Below, in pieces: positions 42,597 to 49,962 of a stretch of 64,000 bases of DNA. The stretch is taken from positions 30,318 to 94,317 of the forward strand of contig JAGAMA010000042.1 in NCBI GenBank assembly GCA_017624955.1, given 5' to 3'. A program made the translations under genes and the position numbers. The notes beneath the pieces were generated by a model that was given only the letters and a program-made list of their open reading frames with translations, was not told the origin of the DNA and searched no databases. Source of the DNA: Alistipes sp. GTDB taxonomy: Bacteria; Bacteroidota; Bacteroidia; Bacteroidales; Rikenellaceae. Each line of letters starts with the position of its first letter. The stretch's first letter is position 1.

Positions 42597-44242
42597 TGAA
42601 GAGATTGTTTTTTGCCTGCCTCGCGCTCATGACCCTTTCGGTAGCTACGGCGCAGACGGTATGGACGCCCGATTTGGGCAACGGCAAGTACAAGAATCCC
42701 GTACTTTATGCCGACTATTCGGATCCCGACGTGATCCGTGTAGGGGATGGCTATTGGATGACGGCTTCGTCGTTCAACTGTGCGCCGGGTCTGCCGATTC
42801 TCCACTCGACCGATTTGGTCAATTGGGAGATCGTAAACTACGTGTTCCTCAACCAGCCCCCCTACGATTGGTTCGATAAGCCGCGCCACGGTGACGGCGT
42901 ATGGGCCCCCTGTATCCGTTTCCACGACGGTTGGTACTACATCTATTGGGGCGATCCCGATCGCGGTATTCTGATGTCGAAGACGCAGGATCCGCGTGGC
43001 GAGTGGACTACGCCCCACCTGGTGAAGGCTGCCAAGGGTATCATCGACACCTCGCCGCTGTGGGATGAGGATGGCAAGGCCTACCTCGTACACGGTTGGG
43101 CAGGTTCGCGTGCCGGTTTCAAGAGCATCTTGTCGGTAAGCGAGATGACCCCCGACGGCATGAGCCTCATCGGTCAGGATGTGATGATCTTCGATGGTCA
43201 TGGCGAGCATCCCACGATCGAGGGCCCGAAGTTCTACAAGCGTGACGGCTGGTACTATGTCTTTGCCCCCGCAGGTGGTGTGAAGACGGGCTGGCAGGTG
43301 GTGCTGCGTTCGCGTTCGCCCTGGGGCCCCTACGAGATTAAGACCGTCCTGGAGGAGGGTTCGACGGGTATCCCGGGACCGCACCAAGGCGGTTGGGTCG
43401 AGGATGTGGCCGGTGACTGCTGGTTCCTGCACTTTGTCGATATGTATGCCTATGGCCGCGTTTGCCACCTCCAGCCGATGGCTTGGACCGAGGATGGTTG
43501 GTGCACGATGGGTGTGGACTACGACGGCAACGGCGTGGGTGAACCGGTGAAGGAGTATAAGAAGCCCGCCTCGAACGTGAAGTCGGCGATCAAGACCCCG
43601 GCCGATAGCGACGAGTTCTCGGAGCGCACGCTCGGCCTGCAGTGGCAGTGGCATGCCAATCCGCAGCTGCATTGGCTCTTCACGAACCCCTCGGCAGGTA
43701 TGATCCGCCTCTACTGCCGTGCTCACGACAGCGAGTGGCGCAACCTTTCGGACAATGGCAACCTGCTGATGCAGAAGGTCAATGCCCCGGATTATGTCGC
43801 TACGACGAAGGTGCACTTCACGCCCAAGTACGAGGGCGATCGAGCCGGTATGATCATGATGGGTCACGACTACGCAACGATCGGCCTGAAGCTCAAGGAT
43901 GGCAAGATCATCGTGGAGCAGAACGTATGCCCGTCGGCTATGCGTCAGGGTACGCCCGAGAAGGTGGTTGCTACGGCAGCCTACAGCTCGGATATGGAGC
44001 CTGTGGAGGTCTATTTCCGCTGCAAGATTCGCCAGGTGTGGAACAAGGGCGAGCAGCCCCGTCTCTTCTGCCGTTTCTCGTATAGCAAGGATGGTAAGAA
44101 GTTCCAGGAGCTGGGCGAGGAGTTTGAGGCGCAGGCCGGCCACTGGATCGGTGCCAAGATCGGCTACTTTGTCGATGCCGAGATCCACAAGAACGATGGC
44201 GGTTGGATGGATGTCGATTGGTTCCGCGTGAGCAAGAAGTAA
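42596..44242 (+). CDS. glycoside hydrolase family 43 (beta-xylosidase/alpha-L-arabinofuranosidase-like), secreted
   Basis: The start overlaps the upstream stop (TAATG). NPVLYADYSDPDVIRVGDGYWMTASSF carries the GH43 catalytic Asp region. The C-terminal beta-sandwich is typical of XynB-like GH43. Confidence 0.88.
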   Translation: MKRLFFACLALMTLSVATAQTVWTPDLGNGKYKNPVLYADYSDPDVIRVGDGYWMTASSFNCAPGLPILHSTDLVNWEIVNYVFLNQPPYDWFDKPRHGDGVWAPCIRFHDGWYYIYWGDPDRGILMSKTQDPRGEWTTPHLVKAAKGIIDTSPLWDEDGKAYLVHGWAGSRAGFKSILSVSEMTPDGMSLIGQDVMIFDGHGEHPTIEGPKFYKRDGWYYVFAPAGGVKTGWQVVLRSRSPWGPYEIKTVLEEGSTGIPGPHQGGWVEDVAGDCWFLHFVDMYAYGRVCHLQPMAWTEDGWCTMGVDYDGNGVGEPVKEYKKPASNVKSAIKTPADSDEFSERTLGLQWQWHANPQLHWLFTNPSAGMIRLYCRAHDSEWRNLSDNGNLLMQKVNAPDYVATTKVHFTPKYEGDRAGMIMMGHDYATIGLKLKDGKIIVEQNVCPSAMRQGTPEKVVATAAYSSDMEPVEVYFRCKIRQVWNKGEQPRLFCRFSYSKDGKKFQELGEEFEAQAGHWIGAKIGYFVDAEIHKNDGGWMDVDWFRVSKK

Positions 44243-44266
44243 TCATCCCGATCGCTTGAAATGATG

Positions 44267-44300
44267 AGGCCCTGCCGTTTTTGGCAGGGCCTTGTTTGTT
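44267..44300 (+). terminator. bidirectional terminator between convergent genes
   Basis: AGGCCCTGCC-gttttt-GGCAGGGCCT followed by TGTTTGTTTT. Confidence 0.75.
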
Positions 44301-44312
44301 TTGTCGCGCATC

Positions 44313-44669
44313 CTATTTCAGGTAGCCATTCATCAGGCGCGTGTACCAGATGCGCATCAGGTCGTGGGTTGTGTAGTAGGTCTCGATGCCCGACTCGGTG
44401 CGGAAGGTGTAGCCATTCTCCGCGGGCTCGACCGTGGCATCCTGCATCGAGATCGCGCTGTCGTGGAAGACCTCGCCCAAGGCAACAAAACACCCCTCGT
44501 AGAGCGAGTAGGCGTACTCCTTGATCCCCTCAACGCGTAGCCCCGGGGCGCGATAAACCCCACATTCAGGGTCGTTGTAGGTGCGCTCCAGAATACAGAA
44601 GTGGAGCTTCGATGGGTCGGTTTGGATGCGCTCGGCAAAGAATTCGAGCGAAAATTCGATTTGGGTCAT
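44313..44669 (-). CDS. hypothetical cytoplasmic protein
   Basis: 118-aa ORF located 12 nt downstream of the MATE gene on the same strand. Composition is protein-like. I recognise no family. Confidence 0.6.
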   Translation of the reverse strand: MTQIEFSLEFFAERIQTDPSKLHFCILERTYNDPECGVYRAPGLRVEGIKEYAYSLYEGCFVALGEVFHDSAISMQDATVEPAENGYTFRTESGIETYYTTHDLMRIWYTRLMNGYLK

Positions 44670-44681
44670 AGCGGTAGTTTT

Positions 44682-46010
44682 TTAAGCCTGCGCCTTGGCA
44701 TAGAGCGTGCGCAGACGGTCGGTCATCAGGTATTGCGATGCTCCGCGCAGGAGCATGTAGAGCGTAAAGGCGGCCCAGAGGGCGTTGTTGCCGATGAGCG
44801 GATAGAGGCTGAAATGGAGCGCAAAGAAGGCGGCCGAAGCGATAAACATCGCGTTGCGCATCACACGACTTTCGGTCGCTCCGATCATGATGCCGTCGAG
44901 GGCAAAGGGCACGGCGCAGAAGAAGGGGATGCAGATGATCCAGCCGATGTAGCGACCCGCCATCTCGATCAGCTCCGCGGCGTTGCTCGTCTCTGCATCG
45001 ACAAAGAGCGAGAGCAGATCACGCCACCCGACGAGGTAACAGCCGACAAAGAGCAGGGCAATGACCGTGCTCCACAGGATGCTGCGGTTGATGCAGAGGC
45101 GCAGATTTTGCGGATCGCGTGCCCCGATAAAGCGCCCCGTAAGGGCCTCGGCCGCGTAGGCAAAGCCGTCGGCCATGTACGAGAAGAGCGTAAAGAGCTG
45201 CATCAGAAGGGTGTTGATCGCCAGCAGGTTCTTGTCGCCCATCCTGGCCGAGATGCCCGTAAAGAAGGTATAAACCGCCACATTGCAGAGCGTGCGCAAC
45301 ATGATGTCGCGGTTGATGCGGAAAAACTCTTTGAGCGGTTCGATGGCCAACACCGCGCGCCAGTTGATCGCGGTGAGTTGTTTGCGGTAGTAGATCCGGA
45401 GTAACAACACCGAAAGCCCTACACCTGTATATTGCGCCAAGACCGAGGCATAGGCAATGCCCACAATGCCCAGGTCGAGGCCAAAGGCAAAAAAGAAACT
45501 GCACCCGATGTGGATCAGATTGACCGCAATGGCCGTGAACATCGGAATCACGGCATTCTGCATCCCCGTAAACCAGCCGTTGAAGCCGAAGAGCAGGATG
45601 CCTGCCGGCACAGCCCAGATGCGGGCGTAGAAGTATTCGCGGGTCATCTCGTCGCCGTGCATTGCCCAGAGGGCCGCCTCGCCGAGCGGAATCTGCAATA
45701 TGACAAGCAGCAGACCCAATCCGAAGGCGACGATGAGCGCTCGCGCCAACATGTTGGTACATTCGCCGTAGTTCTTCGCACCGTAGGCTTGGGCCGTCAG
45801 ACCACTCGTGCCCATGCGGACGAACGAGCAGTTCCAATAGATGAAGTTGAAGATCGACGTGCCGATGGCCAGCGCACCAATCGTGGCCGCCGAATCGACC
45901 CCCCAATGGCCCGCAATAGCCGTCGAAGCAATACCCATCATCGGTACGGTAATGTTCGAGATGATGTTGGGCACAGCCAAGCGTAAGATCTCTTTGTTCA
46001 TCTTAATCAT
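44682..46010 (-). CDS. MATE family efflux transporter
   Basis: EILRLAVPNIISNITVPMMGIASTAIAGH is the typical MATE N-terminus; about 12 TM segments. The true start may be Met4 (46001), because a -7 box lies at 46015-46022. Confidence 0.88.
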   Translation of the reverse strand: MIKMNKEILRLAVPNIISNITVPMMGIASTAIAGHWGVDSAATIGALAIGTSIFNFIYWNCSFVRMGTSGLTAQAYGAKNYGECTNMLARALIVAFGLGLLLVILQIPLGEAALWAMHGDEMTREYFYARIWAVPAGILLFGFNGWFTGMQNAVIPMFTAIAVNLIHIGCSFFFAFGLDLGIVGIAYASVLAQYTGVGLSVLLLRIYYRKQLTAINWRAVLAIEPLKEFFRINRDIMLRTLCNVAVYTFFTGISARMGDKNLLAINTLLMQLFTLFSYMADGFAYAAEALTGRFIGARDPQNLRLCINRSILWSTVIALLFVGCYLVGWRDLLSLFVDAETSNAAELIEMAGRYIGWIICIPFFCAVPFALDGIMIGATESRVMRNAMFIASAAFFALHFSLYPLIGNNALWAAFTLYMLLRGASQYLMTDRLRTLYAKAQA

Positions 46011-46014
46011 AGTA

Positions 46015-46022
46015 CAAAGATA
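46015..46022 (-). promoter_or_regulatory. -7 box (TATCTTTG) for the MATE gene
   Basis: Exact TAnnTTTG match on the minus strand, immediately upstream of the first ATG codons of the MATE ORF. Confidence 0.4.
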
Positions 46023-46443
46023 AGCATTTTTTGATTTTATACGGCATATTTTGCACTTCCCTCGCGGGCTGCGAATGGGAAATACGCTTAGTATGTCCCA
46101 TCCAGGCCGAACTGCATAATGACAAAATCAGCTCCTCTAAAATCAAAAAATGGTCATGATGCTGCCGACCCAATCACAAAAGCGGCTTCTTAAGCCGCCC
46201 ATCCGCGCCCACTTCACGAAGCCCAAAATCTTCTCGTCTAAAATCAAAAAAGCCCGTTATGAACGGGCCTTTGCGTTGAGTTTGACAGAAAAAACGGTTG
46301 TGGTGCTAATGCCCCCGCCTTTAGTCTCCTTTAGTTTCCTTTAGTCCCCTTTAGCTCCCTTTCCGCCTCTTCCCGAAAAGTAAAAAACGCTGATTGTTTT
46401 ACTTTTCGGTCTTTAGAAAGGCGGAAAATCGAAAACTTTGCCG

Positions 46444-46451
46444 TACCTTTG
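46444..46451 (+). promoter_or_regulatory. -7 box (TACCTTTG) for rluB
   Basis: Exact TAnnTTTG match 29 nt upstream of ATG 46480. Confidence 0.45.
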
Positions 46452-46479
46452 CCCCTCGATTTACCTATATAATAGAAAG

Positions 46480-47640
46480 ATGGAAAAGAAATTCAACGAC
46501 TCAAGCTCGGCCTTGTCGCGTTTTGCACGTGACAAGCGTGTGCGCACCGTGACGGCCGCCCCCGAGCGCGTAGAGCGTCGTCCTCGCACGGAGAAGGCGC
46601 AGGACGGTTACCGTCGCGATGACAAGGCGGCTCGCCCCGCAAAGCGTGCCTCCTACAACCCGCATTTCTCGGAGGACAATCGTCCGCTCTTCGAGCAGAA
46701 GGAGGAGCGTCGAACCTCGAAGTTCTCGGCCGCAGGTCGTGGCCGCACGAATAACGGTGAGCGTCGCACGTTTGGTGACAAGAAGCAGGGCGCAGAGAAG
46801 CCTTTTGAGAAGAAGTTTGACAAGAAATTCTCGGACAAGAGAGGCTTTGGCGACAAGAAGCGCAGCTTCAAGCGCGATGAGGAGCGTCCGCGCAGCTACC
46901 CGAAGTTCAACCCCGAGCGTCAGACGGGCGATATTCGTCTGAACCGCTTCCTGGCCCAGTCGGGCATCTGCTCGCGTCGCGAGGCCGACGATTTCATCAC
47001 GGCCGGTCTGGTGTCGGTCAATGGCGTGATTGTAACCGAGCTGGGTACGAAGGTGAAGCCCACGGATGAGGTGAAGTTCAACGACGAGCGCATCCAGGGC
47101 GAGAAGAAGGTCTATTTGGTGCTGAACAAGCCGAAGGGCTATGTGACCTCGCTCGAGGACCCGCACGCCGACAAGGTGGTGATGGATTTGGTGAAGAACG
47201 CCTGCACGGAGCGCATCTACCCCGTAGGTCGTCTGGATAAGAACTCGTTGGGTCTGTTGCTCTTCACGAACGACGGCGATTTGACGAAGACCCTGACGCA
47301 CCCCTCGTATCGCAAGAAGAAGATTTATCAGGTGTCGCTCGATAAGCCCCTCACACGTGCCGATATGGACCGTCTGGCCGAGGGCGTAACGCTCGAGGAT
47401 GGCGAAATCTTTGCCGACGAAATCTCCTACCTCAAGGACAACAAGCAGGAGGTGGGCATCGAGATCCACTCGGGCCGCAACCGCATCGTACGCCGTATGT
47501 TCGAGTTCCTGGGCTATACGGTAACGAAGCTCGACCGTGTCTATTACGCAGGTCTGACGAAGAAGAACCTCAAGCGTGGTGCTTGGCGCTTCCTTACGAA
47601 GGAGGAGGTGTCGCGCCTCAAGGCCGGCCTCTACGAGTAG
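46480..47640 (+). CDS. rluB: 23S rRNA pseudouridine synthase (RsuA/RluB family) with a long basic N-terminal extension
   Basis: S4 domain IRLNRFLAQSGICSRREAD; catalytic VGRLDKNSLGLLLFTNDG. I prefer the start at ATG 46480 (MEKKF). Confidence 0.88.
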   Translation: MEKKFNDSSSALSRFARDKRVRTVTAAPERVERRPRTEKAQDGYRRDDKAARPAKRASYNPHFSEDNRPLFEQKEERRTSKFSAAGRGRTNNGERRTFGDKKQGAEKPFEKKFDKKFSDKRGFGDKKRSFKRDEERPRSYPKFNPERQTGDIRLNRFLAQSGICSRREADDFITAGLVSVNGVIVTELGTKVKPTDEVKFNDERIQGEKKVYLVLNKPKGYVTSLEDPHADKVVMDLVKNACTERIYPVGRLDKNSLGLLLFTNDGDLTKTLTHPSYRKKKIYQVSLDKPLTRADMDRLAEGVTLEDGEIFADEISYLKDNKQEVGIEIHSGRNRIVRRMFEFLGYTVTKLDRVYYAGLTKKNLKRGAWRFLTKEEVSRLKAGLYE

Positions 47641-47663
47641 AGGTACCGAATAGATGTAAATAG

Positions 47664-47709
47664 CGAGGGCTGTCTAACCGAAGTTAGGCAGCCCTCGTTC
47701 TCTTTTGTT
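47664..47709 (+). terminator. Rho-independent terminator after rluB
   Basis: A 15-bp stem CGAGGGCTGTCTAAC-cgaa-GTTAGGCAGCCCTCG followed by TTCTCTTTTGTT. Confidence 0.75.
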
Positions 47710-47728
47710 GTGGAGGCTACTCGGCCGA

Positions 47729-49759
47729 TTAGTAGTAGGCCACGGCGTGTTGCAGCAGGACGGAATCCACCTCGGCAATCGGTGCGAGGGCATGCGGATT
47801 CTCCTCCGTGGGGACAATGCGCAGCTGTTTCACGCGTCTTACGGGCGATAGAATCGTCAAACGATCCCCCTCGACATAACCCAAATCCTGGTAGGTGGCC
47901 ACGAAGGCGCGCTCGGTGTAACCCTCCTCGAAGATCGAACGACCATAGAAGGGCGACTCATAGCCGATACCCGCTACATCGAGCAGCGTGGGCATCAGGT
48001 CGATCTGCGACACCATGCGCTCCTCGATCTGCGGCGCTACAATGCCAGGAGCATAAATCAGGGCGGGGATGTGGTACTTCTCGAGCGGAATCTCGGTGCT
48101 TCCGGCGCTCGATGCGCAGTGGTCGGCCGCCACGAGGAAGATCGTATTTTCAAACCACGGCTCGTTGGCTGCCGCACGGAAAAACTCGCCCAGGGCGTAG
48201 TCGCTATACATCACGCCTCCCTTGCGCGATTTGATGTCGTGCGGGATCGAAATCTTACCGGCCGGATAGGTGAAGGGGCGGTGGTTCGAAACGCTCATGA
48301 TGTGGGCGAAGAAGGGAGCTCCCTCCTCCGAGAGGGTGTTGATCGTGCGGATCGCCTTGCGGTAGCTATCCTCGTCGCAGACACCCCAAATGTTGCGGAA
48401 GGTGATCTCTTCGGGGCTGTATTGGCGCTGATCGACGATGCGGTAGCCGTTCCCTCCGAAGAAGGACTCCATGTTGTCAAAATAGGCATTGCCACCGTAG
48501 AAGTAGCAGGTCGTGTAGCCCTGCTCGGCCAGCAACTCGCCTACGGTCAGGCACGAGGTGTTGTCTTTACGCTTGATGATGCTCTGCCCGGGGCAGGGAG
48601 GCAACGAGAGGGTCAGCGCCTCCAGACCGCGCACCGTGCGGTTGCCCGTCGCATAGACCCGATCAAAGCCCAGGCCGATCTGGTAGAGCGAATCGAGGTT
48701 CGGGGTCAGCGACTCGGTGTTGCCAAAGCGGGCCATGTACTCGGCGCTCATGCTTTCGAGCGTGATGAGCACCAGGTTGCGACGTGGAGCATCTACGTTG
48801 GGTTGCAACGTGCGGCGCACCCCCTCCTCGCTTTGGTAGGTGGCGCGCAGGAAGGCCTCGGCTTCGGCCTCCGTGCAGGTGGGGTAGAAGTCGCGGTAGG
48901 CAAGCTCATTCTTCAGGAAGGCATCGTAGAAGCGTTGCAGACCGTTTGCCTGCAGCTCGTTGGCATAGACATTGGGGCTCTGCTGAAAGCGAAGATTGAA
49001 CGAAATGATCCCCACGGCCGCCAGGCACATCACGCCATACAGGGGGAGCACGATGCGCCGCCAGGGGGCAGCCTGCAGGCTCTCGTCGATACGACCCAAC
49101 CCGCGGAAGAGCAACCACCATACCGTCAGCGTGATGGCTATGAGCGCACCGGCAATCGGCAGGATGGGGTAGGACTCCATGATGTTGCCCACCACCTCGT
49201 GCGTATAGACCAGATAATCGACCGCAATAAAGTTGTAGCGCACCCCGAACTCGTTCCAGAAGAAGTACTCGCTTACGCCGTTAAAGAGGATTGCGCCGAC
49301 ATAGATCATCGTCAGCACCGTAAACCAACCACGGCTCCAATAGGGGCGCACGCGGGGCAGGAAGAGGCGCAGGGCGAAGCTCGCACACCAATAGGCAATC
49401 ACGGCCGTGGCGATGCGTCGTGCCGCACCGCTGTATTGGTGGAAGATCGAGTTAAAGAAGAGCACATAGCAAAGGGCCGCTACGAGTACGCCGAGCAGGA
49501 GCCAACCCCACGGACGGCGATATTTCTGCTCCGTGATCGATGCCAGAAAGAGCAGGAGCGGAATTCCGCCCAGGGTAACGACCATCAGGTCGTTCACAGC
49601 CCCCAGCAGGTAGATTTTGACCCACTCCCCGAACGAGAAGTCGATATCGACCGTCTGCTCGTTAAAGAGCAGCACAATACGCAGCACAAACCCCACCACG
49701 AGGGCCAATGCAGCTACCCGCGCATAGATCGCGGAAAGTTTTTGAAAAGGTAATCTCAT
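47729..49759 (-). CDS. LTA synthase / sulfatase-family membrane protein (alkaline-phosphatase superfamily)
   Basis: Start at ATG 49759 (MRLPFQK). N-terminal multi-TM region followed by an extracytoplasmic domain with LVLITLESMSAEY and ADHCAS motifs. Confidence 0.8.
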   Translation of the reverse strand: MRLPFQKLSAIYARVAALALVVGFVLRIVLLFNEQTVDIDFSFGEWVKIYLLGAVNDLMVVTLGGIPLLLFLASITEQKYRRPWGWLLLGVLVAALCYVLFFNSIFHQYSGAARRIATAVIAYWCASFALRLFLPRVRPYWSRGWFTVLTMIYVGAILFNGVSEYFFWNEFGVRYNFIAVDYLVYTHEVVGNIMESYPILPIAGALIAITLTVWWLLFRGLGRIDESLQAAPWRRIVLPLYGVMCLAAVGIISFNLRFQQSPNVYANELQANGLQRFYDAFLKNELAYRDFYPTCTEAEAEAFLRATYQSEEGVRRTLQPNVDAPRRNLVLITLESMSAEYMARFGNTESLTPNLDSLYQIGLGFDRVYATGNRTVRGLEALTLSLPPCPGQSIIKRKDNTSCLTVGELLAEQGYTTCYFYGGNAYFDNMESFFGGNGYRIVDQRQYSPEEITFRNIWGVCDEDSYRKAIRTINTLSEEGAPFFAHIMSVSNHRPFTYPAGKISIPHDIKSRKGGVMYSDYALGEFFRAAANEPWFENTIFLVAADHCASSAGSTEIPLEKYHIPALIYAPGIVAPQIEERMVSQIDLMPTLLDVAGIGYESPFYGRSIFEEGYTERAFVATYQDLGYVEGDRLTILSPVRRVKQLRIVPTEENPHALAPIAEVDSVLLQHAVAYY

Positions 49760-49892
49760 CGTTTTGTGAACATAAACAAACCTTGTGCAAAAGCACGCTA
49801 CGAGGAACGCGACATGAGATGTGGGGATCATGGGGTGTTCTCTATGGGGACAAAGATAGTCAAAAACTCCTATTTGTGGATCAAACGACCAT

Positions 49893-49932
49893 AAAAAAAG
49901 AGTTTCATCCGCATTGGATGAAACTCTTTTTG
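49893..49932 (-). terminator. Rho-independent terminator after the M16 peptidase gene
   Basis: GAGTTTCATCC-loop-GGATGAAACTC flanked by an A-run and a T-run; read on the minus strand it is followed by T7. Confidence 0.75.
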
Positions 49933-49962
49933 AGTGCGGTATCGGCCTTTTGGCCGGGATGC

